NCBI GenBank assembly: GCA_964508495.1
Contig: CAZDUA010000003.1
Location: forward strand, 8,867 to 72,866
Reading direction: 5' to 3'
Source of the DNA: an uncultured Methanosarcinales archaeon
Lineage (GTDB): Archaea; Nanobdellota; Nanobdellia; Woesearchaeales; ARS49
Length of the DNA stretch: 64,000 nucleotides
A model generated the notes under the pieces. The model searched no databases. It was not told the origin of the DNA and worked only from the letters and a program-made list of their open reading frames with translations. Positions 18,533 through 28,124 of the stretch are shown here, piece by piece (within the stretch, counting starts at the first letter, position 1; every line of letters starts with the position of its first letter). The position numbers and the translations under genes were made by a program.

Positions 18533-19371
18533 CTCGCGTACTCGCGTTGCCGCATTCCTTTCTTGTGCGCTAAGTGTCTCATCGCTTTGTCAAACCCGCT
18601 TCCGTATTGTGCTGCTTGTTTTGGTCTCCATGCGAGTTCTTTTGGGAGTCCTATTTCTTCTGCGATTTCTCTGAGTATTATTTTTCTGTGTTCTTGGCTT
18701 ATTTTTCTGTTTCCTGGTATTCCCATTGCCGCGATTATCAGGTCGTCATCTAAAAATGGAACTCTCACGTTTATTCCCAGTGCTTCTCCTACTGTTGCGT
18801 CTCTTTGCAGGTCTCTTTTCCACATTTCTCTTAGTCCTCTCCAGCATTCGTCATTTACGTCTTGTGCGTGTTCGTGTCTTTGGTAGCCTGCGAATATTTC
18901 TTCGCTTCCCAGCCCGCCGAAGAATATTTTTTCGTCTGCTAGTTCTGTTGCTGCTATGATGACGCTTGCTACTCCTATTGCTATGCAGTCGTCTGTTTTC
19001 AATATCTTCGCTGCTTTTCTTAATGGCGTTTCTACTTCTGCTTCTGTGTATTCTTTGTGTTTCCAGTTTAGTTTTAGTTTGTCAACCGCAATTTTTGCCG
19101 CTGCCACATCTTTGCTTCCTTTTATTCCGACTGTGTAACATACAAAGTTGTCAGTGAACTTTTTGAGCAGTGCTGCAATCAGGCAGCTGTCCACTCCTCC
19201 TGATAAGAATAGTCCGAATTTTTCTTTTGGCACTCTTTTTTCAACCGCTTTTACCAGTGCTTTCATAACTTCTTCTTTTGTGCTCGGAACGGTCCTCTTT
19301 CTAAGTTCTTCTATGTGTTTTTTCCAGTTTTCTTCTGTTGGCAGTCTTCCTGCTTCAAATTCTTCTATCAT
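18520..19371 (-). CDS. Asparagine synthetase C-terminal-domain-like PP-loop ATP pyrophosphatase
   Basis: PP-loop FLSGGVDSCLIAALL and VRVPFLDDDLIIAAMGIP signature. Confidence 0.6.
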   Translation of the reverse strand: MIEEFEAGRLPTEENWKKHIEELRKRTVPSTKEEVMKALVKAVEKRVPKEKFGLFLSGGVDSCLIAALLKKFTDNFVCYTVGIKGSKDVAAAKIAVDKLKLNWKHKEYTEAEVETPLRKAAKILKTDDCIAIGVASVIIAATELADEKIFFGGLGSEEIFAGYQRHEHAQDVNDECWRGLREMWKRDLQRDATVGEALGINVRVPFLDDDLIIAAMGIPGNRKISQEHRKIILREIAEEIGLPKELAWRPKQAAQYGSGFDKAMRHLAHKKGMRQREYASHLI

Positions 19372-19424
19372 ATTGTATGCTTTGCATGCAAAGTTTTAAA
19401 AATCTTCTCGAGAGGAATGCTATT

Positions 19425-19817
19425 ATGATGTTTCGCGCTTTGGGTCATCCTAACATTAAGGCTACTCATAAGAATACGATCGAGTTCACTAAAGAGGACT
19501 ACTTAACCCCAGAAGGCGACTGTATTGTTGGCGTTAAGGCTGATTTTGATGTTTCTGAACTGAAAAAGTTTGTCAAAAAGCATAAGCACGTTAAGATTAC
19601 CATCAAAACTGGCGGGTTGAAAGAAATTATCACTGCAAAAACCAACCCTGACTTTAGCGACGACCACGAACTCGTCATCCGTCTTGGCGAGCATGCTTCT
19701 CCGCGTACTTTTGCAGTTAGAGCTGACAAAGCCGCTAAACACTTAAACCGCGAGCTAGTCAAAGCATTGCAGATGGGTAGTCCGTTCGAGGTGCAAATTG
19801 AAGAAGCAGTTGAGTAA
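19425..19817 (+). CDS. Hypothetical conserved archaeal protein (DUF371-like)
   Basis: ATG 19425 follows a TTTTAAAA box 24 nt upstream; about 130 aa. Confidence 0.3.
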   Translation: MMFRALGHPNIKATHKNTIEFTKEDYLTPEGDCIVGVKADFDVSELKKFVKKHKHVKITIKTGGLKEIITAKTNPDFSDDHELVIRLGEHASPRTFAVRADKAAKHLNRELVKALQMGSPFEVQIEEAVE

Positions 19818-20268
19818 GTCGGATGTTGAGAAGATTAACGCGGAGATTCAGCAGCAATTTGAGGTTCCTGACTTTTTTACTAAGAAGGACCGTCTTACAT
19901 TGGCTGACATTAATCATCAATTGTACATAGTGCAGGACGATTTAATCTGTTTCTTCTATATCGAAGGCAAGCTTGTCCCAACATTAAAATTATTGTTGCA
20001 GCGTCCTTTCCTCAAGCAAGTTATAGTTGACATGGGTGCCGTAAAGTTTGTTTCTTCCGGCGCTGATGTCATGCGTCCCGGTATTGTTGAGTTTGATAAA
20101 TCAATTAAGAAGGACGAGCTTGTTGTCGTGGTTGACCAGACTCATAAGAAGCCTTTGTGTGTTGCTCGGGCTTTATTTTCGGGTACCGACCTGCTTGGGA
20201 TGAGTCATGGTAAGGTTTTGAAGTCTTTGCACTTTGTTGGCGATGAAATTTGGCAGCTTGTTCCTTGA
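19798..20268 (+). CDS. PUA-domain RNA-binding protein
   Basis: C-terminal PUA-like block VIVDMGAVKFVSSGADVMRPGIVEF; TTG start overlapping upstream stop; 3' end overlaps the convergent kinase tail. Confidence 0.55.
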   Translation: MKKQLSKSDVEKINAEIQQQFEVPDFFTKKDRLTLADINHQLYIVQDDLICFFYIEGKLVPTLKLLLQRPFLKQVIVDMGAVKFVSSGADVMRPGIVEFDKSIKKDELVVVVDQTHKKPLCVARALFSGTDLLGMSHGKVLKSLHFVGDEIWQLVP

Positions 20269-21073
20269 TTGTTCTTGCGATATCTTCCATTTCCGGCCTG
20301 TTTTTTGGGTCTTCGCTTAGCCCAAAGTAAATGTGTCCTCCGAACTGGCCGTGCGCGTTAAACTCTGTTGCGCTATATCGTGGCTTGTCGTATGCTATCC
20401 AGTCGTCTCCGTCCGATTCGTACATTCCGAATGGTTCTTGGTTGAAGAGCAGTTGGTATGCGAGGAGGCTGTATTGGAATACGTCTGTGCGCGTGCTGAA
20501 TTCACCTTTTTGCCAGTATTCTGGCGCGAGTGATGATGGTGTGCCGACAACAAGTCCTTTTTCGAAGTAAGGGTGGTCTTCTTTTATTGGTCTTGATGCG
20601 TCAAAGTCTATTAGTTTTGTTGTTCCATTTAGAAGCACGTTCTCTCTTTTCACGTCCATGTGTATAACGCCTTCTTTGTGGCAGTGTAATATTGCTTGTG
20701 CCAGCTGGTCAAGGACTGTTAGTTTTTTTTCTGTTGGTAGTTCTTTCTGTTCTCTTAGATTTCTCCCGCTGTATTTTGTTACGATGTATAGTTTTCCGTC
20801 ATGTCTCATTAGTTCTTTTAATTGCACGACGTGCGGGTGTCTGCACTTGTGTTGCAGTTCTGCTTCGTATAATAGGAGTTGTTCTCCGAGGTCATTGTCT
20901 TTGCGGTGTGGTCTTGATTTTTTAATTACGACTTGCTCTCCTGTTTTTGCGTCTGTCGCAAGAAATATGGCTTTTTTTGGGTGCAAGCGCACGTTAATAG
21001 CATATGGTCCTATTCTTGCTGGCATTTGTTCAACTTCGTCTAGTTCCATTTTTTTTTTACCGTGCTTCCACAA
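20105..21073 (-). CDS. Hanks-type (eukaryotic-like) Ser/Thr protein kinase with low-complexity Q/P/K-rich C-terminal tail
   Basis: VIKKSRP (VAIK-like); HMDVKRENVLL catalytic loop; DFD (DFG-like); GTPSSLAPE (APE); start overlaps stop of the upstream LysRS-like gene. Confidence 0.7.
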   Translation of the reverse strand: MWKHGKKKMELDEVEQMPARIGPYAINVRLHPKKAIFLATDAKTGEQVVIKKSRPHRKDNDLGEQLLLYEAELQHKCRHPHVVQLKELMRHDGKLYIVTKYSGRNLREQKELPTEKKLTVLDQLAQAILHCHKEGVIHMDVKRENVLLNGTTKLIDFDASRPIKEDHPYFEKGLVVGTPSSLAPEYWQKGEFSTRTDVFQYSLLAYQLLFNQEPFGMYESDGDDWIAYDKPRYSATEFNAHGQFGGHIYFGLSEDPKNRPEMEDIARTIKEQAAKFHRQQSAKTSKPYHDSSQAGRYPKIKPEQHTKASYESGQPRQQARPS

Positions 21074-22067
21074 GCTCTGGGGCTGGTTTGAAGAATTCTG
21101 TTACCAATGCGTATGGAACTGCGCTCTTCCCGTTTCTTACTATTTGTTCTGCAAATCTTGTTACATAGAGTGCGAATGGTATTGAACCGTCATAGTTTGC
21201 CCGTAGGTTTTTCAGCGTGAATTCCGTTGTTCCTTCGCTTTTGCTTATTTTCCAGTCTTCTGGTCCTTGAAGTAGTGGTCCCACAAAGTAATCTGGCGGG
21301 GTTTTTCCTGTGAGTTCTGTTATCCTTCTGACTTTTTCAATTTTTGAAAGTCCGTTCTTTCCGTGTGGTTCAAAATAATCTCCTCCAAATATGTGTATGT
21401 CTGCTTTTGGCTGGAGCATTACGTCTCTGATCGGGTCTATGAAGTAGTGGACTCCGAGCTCTTCTTTCTTGTCGTGGACGTTGATGACTTTCCACTGGCC
21501 GTTTTCTTCGCATTTTTCATTTCTGCATCTTATTTTTAGTCGGTCTTTTCCTAGATAGATTGCTTGTGATCTTGGTGTGTGATTGCAGCATGCGCAAACA
21601 GGATGTATTGGCACTCTTTTGTCTCCAAGTGCGTATTCTCCATCAAATATTTCTCTTAGTGCTGGCGTGTCTGCAATTACTCTTGCCAGCCCTGTTCTGT
21701 ACTGGTGTGTTGATTGTACGTTTGATAGTCTGTCTATTCTGAATGGAACGCTTAATGTTTGGGACAGTTCAGTTGTGAACGCTCTTAGTTCTGTTTCTGT
21801 TTTTTGCGCTTGCGTCATGTTTCCAACTGGCTGGTATTTGAAGTATAATGCTGATGCTTGTTGTGTTCCTCTTTTGATTGTCGGCATGTCTATGTCGCAT
21901 ACTGTTAGGTGTACTTCTGCTTCTTTTTGTTGCGCGAGAATTGCTGCTATTGCTATTGTCGTAATGTTTCCTAGGTGCAGGGTTCCTGATGGCCTGACTC
22001 CTACTGCTACGCTTTGCGCTGGTCTTGTTAGTATTGAGTCAAGGTCGTTTGTTATCACTGTCATCAC
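21057..22067 (-). CDS. Class I lysyl-tRNA synthetase-like catalytic-domain protein (truncated, no anticodon-binding domain)
   Basis: HIGH-like GVRPSGTLHLGN, zinc-ribbon insert CACCNH…CRNEKC, GGDYFEPHGKNG (resembles LysRS-I DFEPAGKDH), KMSKS-like KISKSEG; only 336 aa. Confidence 0.5.
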   Translation of the reverse strand: MMTVITNDLDSILTRPAQSVAVGVRPSGTLHLGNITTIAIAAILAQQKEAEVHLTVCDIDMPTIKRGTQQASALYFKYQPVGNMTQAQKTETELRAFTTELSQTLSVPFRIDRLSNVQSTHQYRTGLARVIADTPALREIFDGEYALGDKRVPIHPVCACCNHTPRSQAIYLGKDRLKIRCRNEKCEENGQWKVINVHDKKEELGVHYFIDPIRDVMLQPKADIHIFGGDYFEPHGKNGLSKIEKVRRITELTGKTPPDYFVGPLLQGPEDWKISKSEGTTEFTLKNLRANYDGSIPFALYVTRFAEQIVRNGKSAVPYALVTEFFKPAPELVEAR

Positions 22068-22149
22068 TCACTATTCCTTATATTTTATATAAAACTTATA
22101 GAGAAATGGTTATTTCGAGCTGGTTATTTATAAACGTTTGTATGCTTGA

Positions 22150-22626
22150 CTAGTGCATTTCTAGAAGTCGTCTGGCTTTTGGCACGAAGTTTAGTATTGT
22201 TCCTTCTTTGTATTTGCCTGAGCCTACATAGTCATTTTCGTACTTTAATATCACAAACCCTTCATAGCTGCCTGCTACTGTAAGGTCTTGTCCTTGGAAC
22301 CATTGTTTCAGTTGTTCTCTGTTTAACTCGTACACATTTTTGGTCGCTGTTGGTCCTATTATTTGTGATCCTTCTATGCTTAGTCTTAATTGTCCGTGTT
22401 TGAGTTCTGCTATGTACAGTCCCAAGCTGTTAATGCGTATTTTCTTCATATCTATCTTCTCAACGTCTCTTGTTATTACGTAGATTTTTTCTTTGCCGTG
22501 TACGAATGCGACTTTTTCAAATAGTTCTGGCACGTTTCCGTACAAGTTTTCTATTTGTCTGAAGAAGTGTTTTAATTCCCTGCTTCCCATGAAATCGTAG
22601 TTCTCTTTCATAATTAGATGCCCCAC
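22150..22626 (-). CDS. Hypothetical protein co-transcribed with infB (possibly NIP7/pre-PUA-like)
   Basis: 158 aa; overlaps the infB stop; weak resemblance to NIP7 N-terminal domain. Confidence 0.25.
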   Translation of the reverse strand: MGHLIMKENYDFMGSRELKHFFRQIENLYGNVPELFEKVAFVHGKEKIYVITRDVEKIDMKKIRINSLGLYIAELKHGQLRLSIEGSQIIGPTATKNVYELNREQLKQWFQGQDLTVAGSYEGFVILKYENDYVGSGKYKEGTILNFVPKARRLLEMH

Positions 22627-24386
22627 ATGGGGTTTCCTTTTCTCATTATTTCTGCAATCTCTTTCAATACGTTCTTCTCATCTTCGGATAAATGTTCTTT
22701 GTGTACTTTATATTGTCTGAAGTGTTCTTCTGGGATTGCGCTGTAAAGAATGTCTCCTTCGTTGAGTTGTCTTCCCATTATTACTCCGGGCATGCTTGCT
22801 GCTGCTTGTTTTCCCTTTTCCAACTTATCAACGTTTTCTTGTTCTACTTGCAGTCCTTTTACGTTTGTTATTTCTTTTCCGTCTGCTTTCATTAGTGGCG
22901 TGTTTGGCTTCAGCATTCCTGCGATTACATACACTCCTGCTACTGCTGGGTTGCTTTGTCTGAACACGTAGCCTTTGAGCAGTTCAATCTTGCACGGCCT
23001 GACGAGCACGTCTAGTTTTGATAATTCAATATTTTTTTGTTGCGTTTGTTTCCATGCGTCATACTCTTCTATCAATCTGTAAATAACATCATTTACTAGT
23101 ACGTGCGCGCTTGTTGGGAAGTCTGGTTTTGGTATGTTGAATCCGAGTATTACTCCGTGCAGTGGGTCTGTTGCTAGTATTGCTTCTGCGTCTGAAATGT
23201 CCTTTTTAGTTATCGGCCCTATTCCGCTTTTTCTGACGGGGATTCCTCTTCCTCGTAGAAGTGTTATCAGCGCTTCCAGGCTTCCTAGTGCGTCTGCTTT
23301 GATTATTATGCCGTCGTCGTCTGTTTCTATTAATACTTCGTGCATTTCTTTGTGCAGTTCTTCCTTTATCTTTTCAATGTCTCCGACTGCGCTCATTATT
23401 GGCGCTCCGGCTATTGCTTGTTCTGCTCCGATTGCTACTATTCTTACTCCTGTTGCCGCGCTGACTTCTTTTGTTGATTTGAACTTCGCTTTTTTTTCTC
23501 GCATCTCGACATTAGGCTCTGGTTGGAATAGTGCTTTGACTTTGGCTTGTATTGGTTGGTCTAGTGTTCCTACAAGAATTTGGTCATTCACTCTTAAAGT
23601 GCCGTCGTATAGTATCACATCAAGGACCGTGCCAAGTCCTTTTTGTTCTTTGACTTCCATTATTGTTCCTTTGGCCGGTCCTTTTTCTTCTATCATCAGG
23701 TTTTGTTCTAGATATTTTTGTGCTAGTCCTGTTAACAGCATCAGTAGTTCTGGTATTCCTTCTCCTGTTTTCGCGCTTACTGGCACTAGCGCGGCTGTTT
23801 TGGTGTAATCGCTTACTCTGTCAAACCTGTCTGCTTGTATTCCCAGTTCGAATACTTGTGCGACCAGTTCGTACAGTTTTATTTCAAATTTTCTTTGCGT
23901 TTCCGCGCTTTGTAAAGAAAGGTTTTGCAGGAGTGTTCCTGGTTTTTGTCTCCATCCTTCTGTTATGTCTATTTTGTTTGCCGCAATGATAAACGGTGTT
24001 TTGGAATGTTTCAATATCTCTATGCTTTCTTTTGTTTGTGGCATTAATCCTTCATTTATATCTACAACAAGTATTGCTATGTCTGCCAGGTTGCCTCCTC
24101 TTTTTCTCAAATTGATGAATGCCGCGTGTCCTGGAGTATCTATAAATAGAAGGCCTGGGATTGTCAATGTCAGTTTTAGCTGTTCAAGTAATTTTCCGCA
24201 GATTTGTTTCACTGTCTGCAGTGGCAGTATGCTCGCGCCGATTGCCTGCGTAATGCCGCCTGCCTCTCGTGCAGCTATGCCCGTACCGCGAATTTTGTCC
24301 AAAAGCGATGTTTTTCCGTGGTCCACGTGGCCCATTATGGCCACTATTGGCTGTCTTATCATATTTCGTGTTCTTATATGGCCCAT
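22614..24386 (-). CDS. infB: Translation initiation factor aIF5B (IF-2)
   Basis: G-domain IMGHVDHGKTSLLDKIRG, DTPGH, NKID; 590 aa. Confidence 0.95.
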   Translation of the reverse strand: MGHIRTRNMIRQPIVAIMGHVDHGKTSLLDKIRGTGIAAREAGGITQAIGASILPLQTVKQICGKLLEQLKLTLTIPGLLFIDTPGHAAFINLRKRGGNLADIAILVVDINEGLMPQTKESIEILKHSKTPFIIAANKIDITEGWRQKPGTLLQNLSLQSAETQRKFEIKLYELVAQVFELGIQADRFDRVSDYTKTAALVPVSAKTGEGIPELLMLLTGLAQKYLEQNLMIEEKGPAKGTIMEVKEQKGLGTVLDVILYDGTLRVNDQILVGTLDQPIQAKVKALFQPEPNVEMREKKAKFKSTKEVSAATGVRIVAIGAEQAIAGAPIMSAVGDIEKIKEELHKEMHEVLIETDDDGIIIKADALGSLEALITLLRGRGIPVRKSGIGPITKKDISDAEAILATDPLHGVILGFNIPKPDFPTSAHVLVNDVIYRLIEEYDAWKQTQQKNIELSKLDVLVRPCKIELLKGYVFRQSNPAVAGVYVIAGMLKPNTPLMKADGKEITNVKGLQVEQENVDKLEKGKQAAASMPGVIMGRQLNEGDILYSAIPEEHFRQYKVHKEHLSEDEKNVLKEIAEIMRKGNPMWGI

Positions 24387-24538
24387 TAAAAAGCTTTTGA
24401 GAGTAAAAGTGTAACAACCTTTTGTAACACCTATTTGTTACTTCCCAATGCTAAAAGTGCGAAACCTTTAAATATAAGTTATACTTCGAGAGTGGTAACA
24501 CTATCAAATTGATATATTTTCGTCGGGGGGAATACAGA

Positions 24539-25504
24539 ATGAAAGCATTAACGACAATTTTGTTCAGCGTTTTGTTTATGTTAGCAGCAGTCTCTGTTGT
24601 TGCACAAAACCAAAACCGCGCAGTTTCGATATCTATCGAGAACAGCGAAATAGACAACACCGAAATCTTGCCTTTTGGCATTAACCAATTGGACGTCGAG
24701 CGCGATCAGGACTTTACCTTGAAGCTCGAATTGTTCGCATGGAATGATGCTAAAGATGTTGAAATCCGTGCATTTATTTCTGGATACGAATACAATGACG
24801 TGAATTCAATCAGCGACCGAATCGGTCCATTTGACTTCGAAGAAAACGTCACATATGTCAAAAAGTTAACATTGACCCTCCCAGACGATGTTGACGTTGA
24901 TGACTACCAGCTTCGTGTTATAATCTCAGACAGAAACGGCGATGAATTGATCGAAAACTACCAATTGAAAGTTGATACTAAGAGGCACGTAGTTAAGATC
25001 GAAGACGTTACTTTGAGCCCAGGCAGTGCAGTAAAAGCAGGCCAGGCATTGCTCGCTACTGTTCGCTTGGAAAACCAAGGACAGAAGGACGAGAACGATG
25101 TCAAGGTTGTTGTAAGCATTCCAGCTTTGGGTGTTTCAGGCACTGATTACATTGAAGAGATAGAAGGCAGTGAGGAAGAGGAAACAGAAGAAATCTTCCT
25201 TAGATTGCCTAAGTGCGCAGAAGCCGGCTTATACGAAGCAACTGTTGATGTATGGTTCAACGACGGCCACAGCAAGGTTAGCAGCTCAACTAAAATCACA
25301 GTCCTCGAGAATGAGGCTTGCATAGTTGAACCAGCACCTGTTGTTGTAGTTCAGCCTGCAGTCAATCAGACTATGACAGAAGCTCCAGCTGAGTCAGCTG
25401 GCAAAGTGCGTGCGGCTTTGGAGATAATCCTCCTTGTGCTTGTTGCACTTTTGGTCATTGTTGGTTTGATAATCGGCTTCACCCGAATGCGCGGCGAAGA
25501 GTAA
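24539..25504 (+). CDS. Secreted, acidic cell-surface protein with N-terminal signal peptide and C-terminal TM anchor
   Basis: MKALTTILFSVLFMLAAVSVVAQ signal peptide; beta-rich repeats; C-terminal AALEIILLVLVALLVIVGLIIGFTRMRGEE anchor (PGF-CTERM-like but without PGF). Confidence 0.55.
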   Translation: MKALTTILFSVLFMLAAVSVVAQNQNRAVSISIENSEIDNTEILPFGINQLDVERDQDFTLKLELFAWNDAKDVEIRAFISGYEYNDVNSISDRIGPFDFEENVTYVKKLTLTLPDDVDVDDYQLRVIISDRNGDELIENYQLKVDTKRHVVKIEDVTLSPGSAVKAGQALLATVRLENQGQKDENDVKVVVSIPALGVSGTDYIEEIEGSEEEETEEIFLRLPKCAEAGLYEATVDVWFNDGHSKVSSSTKITVLENEACIVEPAPVVVVQPAVNQTMTEAPAESAGKVRAALEIILLVLVALLVIVGLIIGFTRMRGEE

Positions 25505-25520
25505 TTTTTTATTTTTTCTT
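25505..25520 (+). terminator. Oligo-T tract (archaeal-type terminator) after the surface-protein gene
   Basis: TTTTTTATTTTTTCTT directly after the stop codon. Confidence 0.3.
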
Positions 25521-25577
25521 AATATTTTTCTTCTTTAATGCAAAACGTTTTTAAACACCTTAAGTTCTTTTCTCGTC

Positions 25578-28085
25578 ATGGGCGATAAGGAAATCATTGA
25601 GGAAGTGCGTAATAATTCTAACTTGCACCCTGATGAGTTTTTCCCTGTTAAGACGCTGAAGGCTAAGGGTTTTAGCCGTCATCAGTGTTCTAAGTGCCAG
25701 CGTTATTTCTGGACTGTTCACAAGTCTGATGTTTGCGGTGATCCTGCCTGTAGCGGTGGCTTTCGCTTTGTAGGCCATCCTACTAAGAAGCCTCTTGATT
25801 ATATTGAAGTATGGACGGAGTTTGCTCGTATTCACAAAAAGCTCGGCTATACGCCTGTAGCGCGTTATCCTGTTATTGCTCGCTGGAACCCTACTACTGA
25901 CTTCACTATTGCTTCTATTGCTGCTTTCCAGCCTTTTGTTGTTTCTGGCGAGGTCGCCCCTCCTGCTAACCCGTTAGTTATTCCTCAGATGTGCCTGAGG
26001 TTTCCAGACATCGACAACGTAGGCATTACTGGTCATCATGTTGCTTTTGTTATGATGGGCGAGACTGGTTTTTTCCCGCCTAATGAGTATAGTGTTGACA
26101 AGTACATGAGCGACCATTTGACGTGGCTTCATGAGGGTATGGGCATTGAGCTTGAAGACCTGACTATTCACGAGGATGTCTGGTCTGGTGGTGGCAATCT
26201 TGGTCCTTGTATGGAGTTTTTCTCAAAAGGTTTGGAAGTTTCAAACCAGGTTTACATGCAGTACGAGATTACTCCTTCCGGTTTGAAAGAGTTGAACATT
26301 AAAGTTCTTGACATGGGTCAGGGCCAAGAGCGTGCTGCGTGGTTTACGCAGGGAGTTCCTACCATTTACGAGTGTTCCTTCCCCCCCGTTATCAAGAAAT
26401 TGCGCGAGATTACTGGTGTTGAGTATGATGATGATTTCATGCGCAAGTTCACGCCTTTATCGCCATACCTAAATATTGGCGAAGTCAAAGACATTAATGC
26501 TGCTTGGAAGTTTGTTGCTGATAAGTTGAAGATGGACGTTAAGGCTTTGAGGGAAAAAATCGAACCTCTTGCTGCTTTGTACGCTGTTGCCGAGCACAGT
26601 CGTGCTTTGTTGTTTGCTATTAATGATGGAGGCTTGCCTTCTAATGTTGGCGGCATGTATAATTTGCGTGTTATTCTCAGGCGCGCTCTTGGTTTTATTG
26701 ACAAGTATAAGTGGAATATCACGTTGCCTCAGATTTGCCGCTGGCATGCTGATTACTTGCAGCCTTTGTTTCCTGAGGTTTCTGAAAATCTTGATGAAGT
26801 TTCTGAAATTTTGGAAGTTGAGCGCAAGAAGTACGAGGCTACTAAGCAGAAGACTCAGAGTATGCTTCCTCGTTTGTTGGAGAAGAAGCTTTCAACAGAG
26901 GACTTGATTACTGTTTATGACAGTCAGGGTATTTCTCCTGAGATGATTCGTGAGGAGGCTGCCAAGGTTGGTAAAACTGTTGACGTTCCTGGCAATTTTT
27001 ACGCTCTTGTTGCTGAACGTCATACTCAGAAGGAGCAGGAAACCGCTACTGTTCGTGAGGAAAAGCTCAACTTGGACCCTCATGTTCCTGCAACTAAAGC
27101 TTTGTACTTTGATGATTATACTAAGGCGTCTTTTGATGGTAAAGTTTTGGAAATTATTGGCAATAATGTTGTTTTAGACCAGACTGCTTTCTATCCAATT
27201 TCTGGCGGCCAGTTGTCTGATCGTGGAACATTGAATGGTGATAAGGTTGTTGATGTTTTCAAGCAGGGTCCGTGGATTGTTCACGTTTTGGAAAATGTTC
27301 CTAAGTTCCATGCTGGTGATAAAGTTCATGGTGATATCGACTTTGAGCGTCGTTTGCAGTTAGCCCAGCATCATACTGCTACGCACATAATCAATGCGGC
27401 AGCACGTATAGTTTTGGGTGCTCATGTCAATCAAGCGTCCGCTAAGAAAGATATTGACAAGGCGCATATTGACATTACTCATTATGATGGTTTGACTGAT
27501 GAGGAGACTGCTGAGATTGAGGGTGAGGCTAATAAAATCGTCAAAAAGTCTATCAAGACGCATCTTTCTTTTATGCTGAGAGAAGAAGCTGAGAAGAAGT
27601 TTGGTTCTGGTATTTATCAGGGTGGTGTTGCTCCTGGTAAGTTTTTGCGTATTGTTGAGATTCCTGGCGTTGATGTTGAGGCTTGTGGTGGTACTCATTT
27701 GAAGAGTACTTTGGAAGCTGGTAAAATCAAGATTATCAAGAGTTCTAAAGTTAAAGATGGTATTGTTAGAATCGTGTTTGCTGCTGGCAAGGCTGCTGAC
27801 AAGCTTGCTAATGTTGAAAAGGAAGTTTTGGACAAGGTTGCTGTTTTGTTGAAGTGTGATGTTCATCATATTCCTGGTCGTGCTGCTGAACTGTTTGAAT
27901 TTTGGAAGATGGCGAGAAAGCTTTCTCAGAAGAAACAGCCCATTCCTGCATTGGAGTTGAAGTCAAGCGTTGCTGTTGCGGCTGACATTCTTGCTAAGAC
28001 TGCTGAATCTTTGCAAACCCAGCCTGAAGTCGTAGTAAAAACAATAGAACGCTTTTTGGCTGATATTGAGAAGTTTAGAGTTTAA
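25578..28085 (+). CDS. alaS: Alanyl-tRNA synthetase (archaeal type)
   Basis: 835 aa; class II catalytic core, editing domain HTATHIINAAARIVLG…CGGTH, C-terminal DHHA1-like region; TATA 23 nt upstream. Confidence 0.9.
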   Translation: MGDKEIIEEVRNNSNLHPDEFFPVKTLKAKGFSRHQCSKCQRYFWTVHKSDVCGDPACSGGFRFVGHPTKKPLDYIEVWTEFARIHKKLGYTPVARYPVIARWNPTTDFTIASIAAFQPFVVSGEVAPPANPLVIPQMCLRFPDIDNVGITGHHVAFVMMGETGFFPPNEYSVDKYMSDHLTWLHEGMGIELEDLTIHEDVWSGGGNLGPCMEFFSKGLEVSNQVYMQYEITPSGLKELNIKVLDMGQGQERAAWFTQGVPTIYECSFPPVIKKLREITGVEYDDDFMRKFTPLSPYLNIGEVKDINAAWKFVADKLKMDVKALREKIEPLAALYAVAEHSRALLFAINDGGLPSNVGGMYNLRVILRRALGFIDKYKWNITLPQICRWHADYLQPLFPEVSENLDEVSEILEVERKKYEATKQKTQSMLPRLLEKKLSTEDLITVYDSQGISPEMIREEAAKVGKTVDVPGNFYALVAERHTQKEQETATVREEKLNLDPHVPATKALYFDDYTKASFDGKVLEIIGNNVVLDQTAFYPISGGQLSDRGTLNGDKVVDVFKQGPWIVHVLENVPKFHAGDKVHGDIDFERRLQLAQHHTATHIINAAARIVLGAHVNQASAKKDIDKAHIDITHYDGLTDEETAEIEGEANKIVKKSIKTHLSFMLREEAEKKFGSGIYQGGVAPGKFLRIVEIPGVDVEACGGTHLKSTLEAGKIKIIKSSKVKDGIVRIVFAAGKAADKLANVEKEVLDKVAVLLKCDVHHIPGRAAELFEFWKMARKLSQKKQPIPALELKSSVAVAADILAKTAESLQTQPEVVVKTIERFLADIEKFRV

Positions 28086-28124
28086 CGCTAAACACTGGCT
28101 CTGTTATTTTTTCTGCTCGCCTGG

